This document shows, one piece after another, positions 1 to 14,075 of a DNA stretch of 64,000 nucleotides. The translations under genes and the position numbers were made by a program. Within the stretch, counting starts at the first letter, position 1. Each line of letters opens with the position of its first letter. The notes beneath the pieces are model-generated. The model was not told the origin of the DNA. It did not search any database and was given only the letters and a program-made list of their open reading frames with translations. This stretch comes from Octopus vulgaris (Eukaryota), in the NCBI GenBank assembly GCA_951406725.2, contig OX597816.1, forward strand, positions 158,968,001-159,032,000, in the 5' to 3' direction.

Positions 1-15
1 TTAAATATATAAGAT

Positions 16-45
16 ATGCTTGAAAAACTCGCATTGGCTTCACAG
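16..45 (+). CDS. Candidate host mini-exon (MLEKLALASQ), unverified
   Basis: ATG-initiated open frame ending CAG|GTAAGT, a consensus splice donor; no recognisable homology. Confidence 0.2.
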
Positions 46-88
46 GTAAGTTCTACATATCTTGTCTGTGTCATATCAGCTCTCGAGC

Positions 89-145
<57 letters not shown>

Positions 146-344
146 GATTTCGCTTTTCCAATAGAAATCGCTGCAAACAGACAGGGAAGGTTACATACAT
201 ATGCAAAGAAAATAAATTCAAAAGGCTATCATAAACAAGCGTCTTATTTGGTCAAACAACTTCATAAAACTCTCATATTCTCACATTATTGAACATAAAT
301 ACATATTTAAAACGCCCATGCATTCACCAACAAAACCCAAAAGC

Positions 345-544
<200 letters not shown>

Positions 545-795
545 AACATAAGTTTCAGAGTGAATCAAAGGTTGAGAGTTTCGTATATATATATATATAT
601 ATATGGAGAGAGAGAGAGAGAGAGACATACAAAAGGCGATAAAACCTGCAAGAGTACGGATGGAATCGTATGATGAAAATAATATATATATATACACACA
701 CACGTTCCCGTACATATAGATTATATACTCATGCATTGAATCCTATAGTTCTAGCTTTTTTCCACCAAACTTATATATATGTATGGTTATATGTG

Positions 796-861
<66 letters not shown>

Positions 862-1128
862 TGTCTGTGTGAATGTGTTCTTGTGTGACTCAATATGTCG
901 CCCAGTTGATTACCACAAACTAGTTCGTGGGTTGTTTTTAGCGCAGTTCCTTTTATTGCAAGTACTCGATTTGAAGATAAATTCCTCTTGTCACACAACA
1001 GTCCCGAATCACAGAAAAACCAAAACCAAAACCAAAACCAAAAAAAATAAAATAGTAACAGGAATTCCTTTCCCTCACGGACGAGGTGGTAGTGTGTGTG
1101 TGTGTGTGTGTGTGTGTATGGACTTATG

Positions 1129-1191
<63 letters not shown>

Positions 1192-1255
1192 CCGAGGAAG
1201 ACCATTGCTGACCATTAAGAACCTTGTGCACTACATATAAGTATACATACACACA

Positions 1256-1596
1256 CATCTTTTATCTTTTAATTGCTTCAGTCATTAGTCTGTAGCCATG
1301 TTGGATTATCGTTTTGAAGAATTTTAGTCGAACGAACCAACCTCAGTACTTGTATTTTTTTTTATAATTTAAGCATGACACCTATTGTATCTGTTCTTTA
1401 ACGGGAATGTATTACACACCGACACTGGTTGTCAAGCGGTGGAACAGGGACAAACACAACGACGGGCTTCTTTCAGTTTCCGTCTACCAACTTCAATCAC
1501 AAGGCTTTGGTCGGTCCGAAGCTATAGTAACAGACACTTGCCCAAGGTGCCACGCAGTAGGACTGAACCCGGAACCATGTGACTGGGAAGCAAGCT
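1256..1596 (-). mobile_element. tRNA-derived SINE family A (octopus OR-like), degraded
   Basis: Matches the copy at 4765-5318 (gacacttgcccaaggtgccacgcagt, ggactgaacccggaaccatgtg). Confidence 0.85.
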
Positions 1597-1652
1597 CAGA
1601 CGCGTCTGTATACAGAGACAATGACTAACAAGTTTCGGCAGCTAATCCACCA

Positions 1653-1690
<38 letters not shown>

Positions 1691-1730
1691 GAGAGAGATA
1701 TAGAGAAAGAGAGAGAGAGAGAGAGAGAGG

Positions 1731-1870
1731 AGGCAGGCGTGGCTGTGTGGGAAGAAGCTTGTTTCCCAACTACGTGGTTCCGGGTTCAGTCCCACTGCGT
1801 GTCTTCTAGTCTCTGACCGACCAAAGCCTTGTGAGTGGATTTGGTAGACAGAAACGGAAAGAAGACCATC

Positions 1871-1942
<72 letters not shown>

Positions 1943-2157
1943 GTGTTTGTTCCCCTATCACCACTTGACAACTGGTGTTGGTGTGTTTACGTCCCCGTAA
2001 CTTAGCGGTTCGGCAAAAGAAGCTTATAGAACAAGTAAGTACCAGGCTTGAAAAATAAGTCATGGAGTTGATTCATTCGACTAAAAAAAAAACTCAAGGC
2101 GGTGCTCCAGCATGGCCACAGTCTAATGACTGAAAGAGATAAAAGATAAAAGATAAA
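1731..2157 (+). mobile_element. SINE family A, near full length
   Basis: A-box-like tggctgtgtgg, B-box-like ggttcagtccc, internal (TA)(TG) tract, tail ggcggtgctccagcatggccacagtc plus (taaaaga)n. Confidence 0.9.
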
Positions 2158-2161
2158 TACA

Positions 2162-2192
<31 letters not shown>

Positions 2193-2211
2193 GCGCACGC
2201 ACGCACGCACG

Positions 2212-2410
2212 CGAGGGTGTGCGGAAAAGTTCTTGGCTTTGGATAAGAGAAAATATAGGAAGATCAGTTAATTATGATCTTATTCAACATATTCCCCTCT
2301 CAGGGATCTTTCTGTTTTACTAAGTCCTGTAAAAGAACTCGAAAAGTTCGCCCCCACACCCAACCCGGTCTTTCGCGGTACCCTTAAAGACAGGAACTTT
2401 TCAGCACCCC
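2212..2410. mobile_element. Mariner-type MITE (~200 bp)
   Basis: Imperfect TIRs gagggtgtgcggaaaagttcttg / caggaacttttcagcacccc; right terminus incomplete. Confidence 0.6.
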
Positions 2411-2448
2411 ATATATATATATTCATACACACACACACACACACACAC

Positions 2449-2505
<57 letters not shown>

Positions 2506-2622
2506 AAATGAGAAAATGGAGAAATATATCTAAATCAATCATCAACTATCAGATAATACCCAATCAATACTTTATTAAACCACTACATAATAGCAATGAT
2601 ATTATACATTAATATAATACAA

Positions 2623-2672
<50 letters not shown>

Positions 2673-2804
2673 CCGTAGTCTGAAATTTATAGCTCATTTC
2701 GATTAATAATAAAAAAAAAATATGGAAAACGTTAACACCACGTCTTCTGAACCCGTTTTACTTACAGGGTTGAAATTCCATCCCTCCTCCTCACACTAGT
2801 AGTA

Positions 2805-2871
<67 letters not shown>

Positions 2872-3493
2872 TTATGATTATGATGATGATGATGATGATG
2901 ATGATATTTGTGAGTATAATCTTTTGTATTCAATTATAAAATAAATGTTTCATACCGTGGGTGCATCTCTTTGTTGCAGAATTTTATGTATTTTCAAATG
3001 ATATAGCTGCAAAAAGATTTAATCAGAATATAAAACACATACCTGTGTATGTTTTGCATGTGTGTGTGTGTATACGTGCGTACCTGCACGCCCATGCAAT
3101 ACAACATGTAAAGTCTAAAATAAATTCTAAACTCTGACGTAAAATTTCCAGTCTATGCATATACAGCATATCTGTGTGTACTTCACACACACACACACGC
3201 GCACGCACGCGTGCACATACACAGATTCACGTTATTTAAAAGAATTTTTCTTGAGAACATGTACACAATGAAGCAATTGAGAATATTCTGCTACGGAAAC
3301 TGCCAAGATTTTGGGGGGTTTTGCACAAGGGCCGTTAGCTATTTTACAGTACTACATATGCAACACACACACATACACACACGTATAAGAAAGGACTGTT
3401 TTCTCTCTTTTTATATACATCGCAGGGTATTTTTCCCGATGCTCTACCCACTCAACACTCATACATACATGCATACATGCATACATACATACA

Positions 3494-3527
<34 letters not shown>

Positions 3528-3666
3528 CATACATACATAGGCCTACATACAAACGTACATTCATTATATATATATACATACACACACACACACATATATG
3601 TATGTATGTATACCCGCACCGCCCCACACATATATATATATAAAGAGAGAAGAGAGAGAGAGAGAG

Positions 3667-3820
<154 letters not shown>

Positions 3821-4128
3821 GACATATGTGAGTGAAACAAGGTAGTATCAAAGGTAGAGTAACATATATGTATAGAAGCACCAATATATGTAAATAAATG
3901 TGATTATCACCGCAACATTTAAAATAAAGTGAAAACTTCTAAATGTTGTTTTCTGTCTGATGATCAATTTCGTGAAACTCAGAATAATTGTTTGCTAAGT
4001 TTTTCAGCATCCGTAAAACAACGGAGACACACAGACAAACACACAGGCACAAGAGCGCGTGCAGGCACACACATACACGCACCTATGCACGCGCATACAA
4101 ACACACTGACATACAAATAAACAAATAT

Positions 4129-4172
<44 letters not shown>

Positions 4173-4513
4173 TTATATATGCATGTATTTATGTATGTAT
4201 ATTTGTACGTATATATGCATGTATGTATGTATGTATGTATGTATGTATGTATGTATGCATGCATACACGTCGAACAGGTTACGTTACGTATTTTGTCAAA
4301 TTCAAATTCAGTTCAAATTGACTTCAGCTTTTATTCTTATCGAAGGTCGATATTTAAGTACCAGTCTATAAATGCTGAGATCAATATCTTCAAAAATATA
4401 TTGAAAGGGGTAACCCAGCACACTTCGAAGACTGAGACTAGTAAAAGAAACTACATAGATAACATACATAAATACATACATATATACATACACATACATG
4501 TACACATATACAG

Positions 4514-4570
<57 letters not shown>

Positions 4571-4571
4571 C

Positions 4572-4710
<139 letters not shown>

Positions 4711-4764
4711 TATATATATATAAATACACACACACACACACATAAATATATATATATATATATA

Positions 4765-5318
4765 TACTCTTTTACTCTTTTTCTTGTTTCAGTCATTTGA
4801 CTGCGGCCATGCTGGAGCACCGCAGTCAAATTTACAGTACTACATATGCAACACACACATATGTGTTGCATATGTAGTACTGTAAAATAGCTAACGGCCC
4901 TTGTGCAAAAACCCCCAAATTCTTGGAAATTTCCGTAGCAGAATATTCTCAATTGCTTCATTGTGTACATGTTCTTTAGTCGAACAAATCGACCCCGGGA
5001 CTTATTCTTTGTAAGCCGAGTACTTATTCTATCGGTCTCTTTTGCCGAACCACTAAGAGACGGAGACGTAAACACACCAGCATCGGTTGTCAAGCAATGC
5101 TAGGGGGACAAACACACACACACATACACATATATACATATATATACATATATACGACAGGCTTCTTTCAGTTTCCGTCTACCAAATCCACTCACAAGGC
5201 ATTGGTCGGCCCGGGGCGATAGCAGAAGACAGTTGCCCAAGATGCCACGCAGTGGGACTGAACCCGGAACCATGTGGTTGGTTAGCAAGCTACTTAACAC
5301 ACAGCCACTCCTGCGCCT
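4765..5318 (-). mobile_element. SINE family A, full length, interrupted by a templated insertion at 4824-4975
   Basis: Head aggcgcaggagtggctgtgtg, CORE-like cttgggcaa motif, and tail shared with the other copies. Confidence 0.92.
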
Positions 5319-5319
5319 A

Positions 5320-5365
<46 letters not shown>

Positions 5366-5589
5366 TAGATAGATAGATAGATATAGATATAGATATAGAT
5401 ATAGATATAGATATATAGATATATATAAATGTATATATATTAATAAATATAAATGTATATATATAAATATATATAAATGTATATATATAAATATATATAT
5501 ATGAATATTTATAAATAAATATATATATAAATACATATATGGATATTTATAAATAAATATATATATATAAATATAAATATATATATATA

Positions 5590-6620
5590 GTTTTGGGACC
5601 ACTACTGTTCATAATGGCTCCCTCAGACATGCCCTAAGCCACACAGTGAGCCACGATCACAAGTTATGCAGATGATACAAAAGTTTCACAGGTAATACAG
5701 AACCCTGAAGACACTATGCACCTGCAATGTGAACTGGATGAAATATACAAGTGGGCTGAAAAGAATAGCATGCAGTTTAATGCTGAAAAGTTTCAAGCTT
5801 TGTGCTATCAGCATGCAAAGCTAAATGCAATACCCAATACATACACTGGACTTGGAGAGATTGCAATCCCAGAGGCACAATCAGTGCGAGACCTAGGCAT
5901 TTACATGAGTCATGATGCATGGCAATGAAATGTGGGCGGCTGACCGGATGGATTCTTAGAACTTTCAGAACAAGAGACCAGGAAACCATGATGATCCTCT
6001 GGAGGGCACTTGTCCTTAGCCACTTTGAGTATTGCTCTCAGCTATGGTCACCATGCAGTGTCAAATTAATCTCAGAACTTGAGACAATCCAACGAAGCTA
6101 CACGAAGAAGATAGCCTCTATGCAGCATATAAGCTATTGGGAAAGACTCAAGAGATTAAGACTCTATTCCTTAGAGCGTAGGCGAGAAATATATGCCATA
6201 ATATATATCTGCAAGATCCTAGGAGGACTTGTCCCAAACTTTGGCATTGAGAGTTACACAAGTACGAGAACTGGACGCCATTGCATAGTGCCAAGGACTC
6301 CAAATTTGCCATCAAGATGTAGGACGAGATACTGCAATAGCCTGGGCTTCATAGGTCCACAGCTCTTCAATATCCTCCTGAAGGACCTGAGATACCTGCA
6401 TGTGGTGGATGTAGGTGCCTTCAAAATATAGCTGCATCTCTTCCTGTCAGGTGTCCCAGATGAACCAACTTCGCGGCAGGAGGTGCAGATGAGTGCAGTT
6501 GCATCAAACTCTCCCATGCACCAAATGTCAATTGCTAAAAAGCATTCTTGAAGCAAAATTATGTAGCAACACCAAATGGCGGTGCCCCAGCATGGCCACG
6601 GCTCGTGAGCTGAAACTAGA
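5590..6620 (+). mobile_element. CR1-group LINE, 5'-truncated, degraded RT C-terminus plus 3' tail
   Basis: VLGPLLF..YADDTK..MQFNAEKF..EYCSQLWSP..SYWERLKRLRLYSLERRR; tail ggcggtgccccagcatggccac..gctgaaac. Confidence 0.92.
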
Positions 6621-6644
6621 TTATATATATATATATATATATAT

Positions 6645-8663
6645 GGAAAAAATGTCAAGGTAGAAAATGTTAAAATAATTTTATAAAAAACATTTCATAA
6701 GAAGAAGATGAAGAAGAAGAAGAAGAAGAAGAAGAAGAAGAAGAAGAAGAAGAAGAAGAAGAAGGAGGAGGAGGAGGAGGAGGAGGAGAGTTTGGGAGTG
6801 CCATGATAGTTATAGGAGGTTAAATGGTCAAGTGCCCTGGAAGTGACTTGTTGTGGATGCTAGTAGTGATTGAATTCTTGAGACATCTCTTTTGAATGTA
6901 TTGTTTATAAAATATGCGTAGGTCTTATTCTGAACAGCAATAGTGGTAAAGTTAGGAAGGATGTGGCGGAGAATAAGAAGACGAAGAAGAAGAAGGAGAA
7001 AGATAAGGGAGAATAAGAAAGGAATGTAAGTGGTATGATAGTAGTAGGATGTTATGATAGTAGTAGGATGTTAAATGGTCAAGGACCTAATAGTGACTCG
7101 TTATGGATTATAACAGTGATTGGGACTGTTTTTTAAAGAATTCTTGGGAATCTCTTGAATGTATCATTTTTAATATTTGCGTGTGTGTTTGTGTTATTCT
7201 AAGGCGATGGTGGATATGTCGTTTGTCGTAGACGTGTCCAGAAGGAGTTTGTATTTTGTAATAAAGAGAGTCTCTTTACTAATTCGTTGGCTCCAGGTTG
7301 TATCGTCCCTGAATTGGTAGAGGGGATAAATTCTGAAGCTTGGATTTTTGTTATTGGCGCAAATGTCTATGTGTTGGCTGAATGCTATTTTTCTGTTTTG
7401 GGGAATTTTGATCTGGGATCTGTGCAGAACTATCCTTTTACGTAGACTGTTTTTTTTTTTTTTTTGTTCTTTGGCCTATGTATTGCTCTTGACACCCAGA
7501 GCAGGTTAGTGCGTATATCAGGTTCTCCGAAGCACATGTGAAGCTGCTTTTCACTGTGAAATGTTGTCCCTGTTTGAAGGAGAACTCTGATCACTCAATG
7601 AAATTGACGCATACCCACAGTTGAGTCTTCTGCATTTTTTTTTTACTGGCGGTTTCTGTGTTATTGTTGATCGTATTCGGCCTTGTGTTAGGAGAATTTT
7701 CATAGATTTGGATTGTTTCTTGCTTTTTATGATGGTGTGTGTTTGGAGGATCAAGTTCATTCTGTGGTCCTTTTTTTAGCAGGGGAATGTTTTGAAGGAG
7801 GGTGTAGAATGCTTCATTGTTAAGTGGGTTGTGTGTTGAGATGTATGGTAGGGCTTTTGGTTGTAAATCCTTCTTTAATTTGGGATGTCTGAGTTCGTGG
7901 ATGTTGAGTCGTAGGGCACGTTGAAAGCATATGTCAATTAGTGAAGGTGGGTAGTTCCTGGTAATGAGTGTATCCTTTACTTCATGTAGTCGTGTGTCTC
8001 TGGTGTTTGCATTAGAAACTATAGTACATATCCTTTTTCTAGGTTGAAGGGGATATTCATTCTGGTGTGTCTGGGGTGGCATGAGTTGAACGGTAGATAT
8101 TGCTTGGAGTCCGTGGGCTTATAGTATATATCTGTTTCTATTACGTTGTTAGATTTCTTAATGAGGATGTCGAGGAAGGGAAGTTGTTGATGGCTCATTT
8201 ATAAGTGCTTGGAATTCTTTAAGTCTCTCTATACTTTCATGCCAAAGAATGAAACAATCATCCGGGTATTTCTTCCAGTTATTTACTATGTAGAGGGAGA
8301 ATGGGCTGCCGTATTTTTCTAGAACCTTACGATAAAGATATCCCATGACTAGGTTAGCAAAAGAGGGAGCCATTCTCGTACCCATCGCAGTCCCCGATTT
8401 ATGTCGATAGAAGTTGTCTTTGAAGACGAAGTAGTTATTCTCCAAGATGAATTTTAACCCTTCTATCACGAATTCTTTTTTGATGCGATGTGGGAGTTCG
8501 TTGGCGTAATTCTTTAGCCAGAATTGAATTGCTTCTATTCCTAGGTTGTGGGGGATATTGGAATAGAGGACGTCGAAGGATACTAGTAGGGTGTTTTTGT
8601 TTATTGTTTCAGGAAGGTGATTGAGCATATCCTTATATAACTTTTGACATGCTTGAGGAAAGG

Positions 8664-8666
<3 letters not shown>
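6645..8666 (-). mobile_element. Penelope-like element (Neptune-like), 5'-truncated and frameshifted RT plus GIY-YIG
   Basis: LYSNIPH, GTAMGTRMAPSFANLVMG, YPDD (YxDD); same family as 55506-57311. Confidence 0.92.
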
Positions 8667-8717
<51 letters not shown>

Positions 8718-8719
8718 GT

Positions 8720-9236
8720 ATGTACTGTGAAGCAAAAAGTGTCTAAAGCGGGAAGATATTAAAAGCAAAGTATGAAAACTATTGTTTGAAAAAGAGATCA
8801 TGAAGACCTATTTAAGGATGAGAAACCCCAATCACCCACCTTCCAACGTTAATGGGGCAAAGACATTAAGGTCTGAGGTGGAACATGCCACAATAAAAAT
8901 GAGTAAAATTAAAGTTCCAGGGTCTGGTACAAAACATGTGAGATGTTAAAAGCACTTGAAGACTATGAAATTGTCAAATTCACAGACCTTTACATTGGCT
9001 CTGGGCGCCCCACTAAAGATTTCAAAACGTCAGTATTTATCACTGTCCATCTAGTGTTCTGACTGCAGGATTATTAGTCGCATGTCTCATGCTCTTAAAA
9101 TATTTCTTAGTTGTACTAGGAAAAATAAAATCTAGCTAATTGCAGAAGTTCGTGAAGAGCAATTTGCACTTAAGGCAAACAGAAGGACAAGAGATACCAT
9201 ATTCTGCTTCAACATTCTAGCACAAGAGCAAATGCA

Positions 9237-9302
<66 letters not shown>

Positions 9303-10465
9303 TCTTGTTTCATATATTATGTCAAGGCATTTGACTGTGTTCACCATAAGGAGCTAGCTTAGAAAGAAAGGACATCAGAATCATTTGAGTCTTATACTGG
9401 AATCAGAGGGCAGCCAAAGTAGACCTGTAATTGTCAAAACAAGCAGACACCAGAAGAGGTGTAAGGCAAGGATGTGTGCTATCACCATGCTTATATAATA
9501 TGTATACTAGGTATATATTCAGAGGTTCAAATGAGATTAAAGGACTCACAGTCAATGGCATGAACATAAATAATATTCGACACGCTGATTATACAGAATT
9601 AATGGTTCAGCAATGAGAAATTACAAGAAATCGTTGATGTTTTGAGAGAGCAAAGTGACAAGAAAGATCTAAATATGAATGTAAAAAAAAGACAAAATCA
9701 ATGCTTATTATTAGGATGAAACAAAATGAAAGAAATCTAAAGGTAAAAGCTTGAATATGTAAAACCAGAAAGTAAACTAGAAAAGTCGCTGTGTAGTAGA
9801 CGTAGCTGAGAAAATAAATAAGATTAAAACACATTTATCAGAATGAAAAGAATCAAAACATATAAGACTGAACCTTAAATTGAGGCGAGTAAACTGATAT
9901 AGTATACCAGTTGCTCTCTACAAGATAAAAACTTGAACACTGTATAGTGGAGAAAAAGATAGGAGCCTCTGGGGTGCATCATTCACAGACAGGGCAGCAT
10001 AAGCTGGGAAAGAAGGGTAACAAATGCTGCAGTACTAGAAAAGCTGAAAGTCGAAGGACTCTTACTGTCGAGAATCAACTCCACAAATTTATCATATTTT
10101 GGGCACACAACGTGCCCCGAGTCAATGCCCAAGACCATCCTGAAAGAAAGTATAGAGAGGAAGAAAGCAAGAGATCGTGAAAGACGTTTTTGGACTGATA
10201 ATATCAGAGAATGGACTTGAAGCAAGGGCCTGGCTGAGTGTGAGCACAAGGTCGTTTTAGGAGTATTATATAGAACTCAAAGGCCTCACTGGATAAATCA
10301 ATGCAGTGAACCTCTTGGTTCTTGACGCTCCTGGACAATTTCCCAGCGGGCCTATGCCTTAAGACAGCCTTATGTATGCGTGCATCATAACACAGAGACA
10401 ACTGGAGAGTATTGGCAAGCCGACTTCTGGACATAGGGTGAGTACTGGACATAGGCTGATGGCTG
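8720..10465 (+). mobile_element. RTE-clade LINE relic with an internal (TA)n
   Basis: Fragments MSHALKIF, KAFDCVHH, RRGVRQGCVLSPCLYN, INNIRHAD; many stops. Confidence 0.8.
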
Positions 10466-10629
10466 ATACGTGTGTGTATACGTGTGTATGTGTGTGTGTG
10501 TGTATGTGTGTATGCGCGTGTGTGCGTGTGTGTGTGTGTGTGCGTGCGTGTGTGAGTATGTCTGTGCGCGCGCATATGTGTGTGTATATATGTGTTTGTG
10601 TGTGTGTATATACACACACAAATAGATAA

Positions 10630-10897
<268 letters not shown>

Positions 10898-10967
10898 CAT
10901 ACATACATAGATAGATAGAGTTGTTCGGTAGGCTAAGGTAGGTAAGTACATGTTTATGTATATATAC

Positions 10968-11135
10968 AGGCGCACACATAGCTGTGTAGTAAGATAATTC
11001 AATTCATAACTACGAGGTTTCGTGTTAAGTCGCCCGGTACAGCACAATTGGGTAAATGTCTTCTACCACAGCCACGAGTTAACTAAATTCTTGCAGTTTA
11101 AAATTTGGCCGACAGAAACTGTGTGAAAACCCTTC
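10968..11135 (+). mobile_element. SINE family A, old 5' half
   Basis: aggcgcac..gctgtgtagtaag..ttgggtaaatgtcttcta. Confidence 0.65.
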
Positions 11136-11277
11136 AGAGAGGGGCAGTTCCCGTCCTTGGATGGTACCCTCATAGCTCTTGGGTACCACTCTGTTGTAAG
11201 CATTTGAGCTAGGCTTTTGTGCTTCAGAATAACTTTTTTTTTTTTTTACCCCCGATTGGTTTCCGAGGCCTTATACA

Positions 11278-11414
11278 GAGGTGCCATGGCCCAGTGTTGA
11301 GCTCACGGTTTTAAGGCTGTGGATCCGTTCTTTGGCCCGAGCGACGCGTTACTGCCCTTCAGCAAAGCACTTTATTTCACTTTGCCCTCGTCCACTCAGC
11401 TGGAAAGGAGTACC
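11278..11414 (+). mobile_element. SINE family C, head plus central domain, degraded
   Basis: tggcccagtg head; agcaaagcactttatttcactttgccctcgtccactcagctgg matches the 29821 copy. Confidence 0.65.
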
Positions 11415-11612
11415 ATTCCATTGTTGGTGCAGCTCTATTTCCAGCTCTCACATCCTCGATGGATTAATGATTAATGAGCAGGATTAAGGATTAATGAGCA
11501 GAGAAAGTGTCTATGTCTGCTCGCGACTACACAGGCACCTAAAACAACTAGTGAAAGCATGGTACATGTTTCCAAGCCATACTCACTATGTGAGTGAAGA
11601 ACATGTTTTGGA

Positions 11613-11681
<69 letters not shown>

Positions 11682-11777
11682 GTCTGTCTGTCTGTCTGTC
11701 TACATACATACATACGCACACTAACGTGTATCTGTGTGTGTGTATGTTTGTTTACTTGTTTGTTTGTTTGTTCGTTA

Positions 11778-11928
11778 CTGTGTGGTCAAGAAGTTTGCTT
11801 CGCAGCCACCTAGCTTCGGGTGCAGTCCTACTGCGTGACACCTTGGGCTTGTGTCTTCTCCCGTAGTTCCTGGCCGACCAATGTCTTGTGAATGAATTTG
11901 GTAAGTGGAAACTGTAAGGAAGCTTGTT
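11778..11928 (+). mobile_element. SINE family A, degraded 5' half
   Basis: ctgcgtgacaccttgggcttgtgtcttct..ggccgaccaa. Confidence 0.7.
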
Positions 11929-11994
11929 TTATATATATCTATAGAGAGAGAGGGAGAGAGAGAGAGAGAGAAAGATATAGACAGAAGACAGATG

Positions 11995-12034
<40 letters not shown>

Positions 12035-12158
12035 TCCGTAAGTTTGTGTACGTATATATGCATGTATGTGTGTGTTTGTGTACATGCTTACATATACATT
12101 CTTACACATAAAAGTAAAGAGAGCGAGAGAAAGAAGGAGAGAGAGAGAAAGAAGGAGA

Positions 12159-12194
<36 letters not shown>

Positions 12195-12440
12195 AACGAG
12201 ACAGACAGACTGACAGACAGATGAAATATTACTATCACGTGACAAAAGTTGGGACCAGAAATTTTTTATTCCTAAATTTCACGAAGAATTTAGGAAGTTT
12301 GAAAAAACATTCAATGGGAAGTTGTCGTTCGGAAGTAGGATATCTCTTGCGGTTTGTCCTGCACTAATATGAATGTAAGTCATGTGGAAAAATAAACACT
12401 CCCCGAATAGACTCTAGCAGTAGAGTAAGTCATAAAAGAA

Positions 12441-12716
12441 CTAGGAAGAGCAGGCCGTTAAAAAGAGAGGGACATATAGAGAGAAGAGGGAGGGAAGAGA
12501 TGAATGACAAAAGCAAATGAATATGGAAGGAGAGTGAAAAATAACAGAAGGCAAAGGAGTAGTGGAGAGAGTGAATAGAAATGAAGAGAGGCAAGTGAGA
12601 GTGGGATTGAACAACCGAGGAAGAGGGGAAATTGGAGAGAGTGAGAAATAACTGAAAGAGAGAAGAAAGGATAAGAAAATAATAAGAGTAAAAAGAGCGA
12701 GTGAGAACGTGAGAGG

Positions 12717-12780
<64 letters not shown>

Positions 12781-12830
12781 GAGTGGGGGAAGGAAGGAGA
12801 AAGAAGTAAGGAGAAAGAAGTAAGCGAGAA
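12441..12830. repeat. Polypurine (GA-rich) low-complexity tract
   Basis: Direct inspection. Confidence 0.9.
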
Positions 12831-13326
12831 ATAAATGTTAATGATCTGAAATTTATAGGAAGGGTCTTCAAAAAATGTTTTGAAAATCAGAGGAAATAGC
12901 ACAATGTCGGCAAACAATTATGAGAAAGGGCAAAGGAGGGGGGAGAAGACTTACGATAAATGACCTCAAGATCTCAACTCCTCATTTCGTTACGGTTTTA
13001 ATTGGAGTGACAAACTGTTCCTTTTATAGTGAAGTTGTTCATTATGTTATCACAAGAAGGAAGTCAAGTTCTAAGGTGTGGGTGCTTTTCGTTTAAAGTT
13101 TAACTGTTTAACACCAGAAATCGTTATGCAAAGGGGAAATGCCGTGAGTGTCAATGACAAGAAAAAATTTGTTGACTAAGACATCATGTTATTCAATAAA
13201 TTGTCGCCAGAAAAAATTTGAGAGGGAGAGAAAAAAGATGAAAGTGACAGATATACAGAGAAAGGCTGTCGATGAGTTTTGTCACAAAGTAATTTCTGTT
13301 TTCCTGTTCAAATCATTTCGCTTCAG

Positions 13327-13377
13327 TTTCTGCCAACACTTGAAAAACAATCTATTAGAGCTGGTGGTAAAAAAAAG
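13327..13377 (+). CDS. Candidate 51-nt phase-0 mini-exon (FLPTLEKQSIRAGGKKK), unverified
   Basis: Acceptor tttcgcttcag|, donor AAG|gtatga, open frame, located in non-repetitive-looking DNA. Confidence 0.25.
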
Positions 13378-13567
13378 GTATGACTGTAACACAATGTCAT
13401 TCCTTTCATCTATTTGTATGTGGCCTTGAGCCTAAGTCGAAAAAGGAACTCCTTCTTTCTCTCTAACTCATATGAGAATTAAAACAGTAATTTGGGTGAA
13501 GCATCGTGGAATATTAAACTAGATAAGAACTTACGGCTGCCACACTGCAAAATGAAATACAAAAGTG

Positions 13568-13996
13568 GGATCTTTTCGGTTTGAACGGCAGTTTTTTCTA
13601 GCAGTGTCATATGAAATTGTCACCCATAATTATGACCCTAGTATCGATCTATTGCATTTCAATCTATTTTAGATTTAGGGTTGGAGTTAGGGTTAGGAGT
13701 GGGGGAAGGGTATCTTTTTTTCTTCACAAATGTAAATAAACCCAATCTGTTTCTTAAAGGAGGAACATATTCATGCGGCACAGAATGTTGTTTACGTCAA
13801 TGGACGTAATCGATTGGTTAAAATTGCCGAAATGCAAGAAATTAAAGACGAAATAATGTTACAAACTATAGAATTTTCTCAATAAAGCCAAGAGAAAATT
13901 ATGTTTTATAAACATATTCTACCAGTATGCGAAGTTTAAAATCTTTTAGTTACCTAGAAATTATGTTACAAACTGCCGTTCAAACCGAAAAGATCC
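13568..13996. mobile_element. MITE, Merlin-like
   Basis: TIR ggatcttttcggtttgaacggcagttt; 8-bp TSD caaaagtg; GG terminus plus 8-bp TSD fits Merlin/IS1016. Confidence 0.88.
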
Positions 13997-14036
13997 CAAA
14001 AGTGAAGGTAAAACAACAGATGAAGTTTCACCATGT

Positions 14037-14075
14037 ATTTCAATATTTCGGGGTTAGAACTCTTCATCAGGAAAC
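14037..14075 (-). ncRNA. Minimal type I hammerhead ribozyme motif in a solo PLE terminal repeat
   Basis: gtttc-CTGATGA-a-gag(ttctaac)ccc-GAAA-tatt-gaaat; one stem II mismatch. Confidence 0.6.

Noticed and set aside
6575-6700. Obligate CR1-tail/PLE composite, since both sister PLEs neighbour the same CR1 tail (also at 57311-57395)
   Set aside because: Relative orientation differs between the two sites and (TA)n intervenes; shared target preference explains it
10348-10443. GG|GTGAGT donor suggesting an exon
   Set aside because: All three frames contain stops; it lies in the RTE 3' end
13675-13700. Interstitial telomere or chromosome fusion scar
   Set aside because: Only 2-3 degenerate units, internal to a MITE
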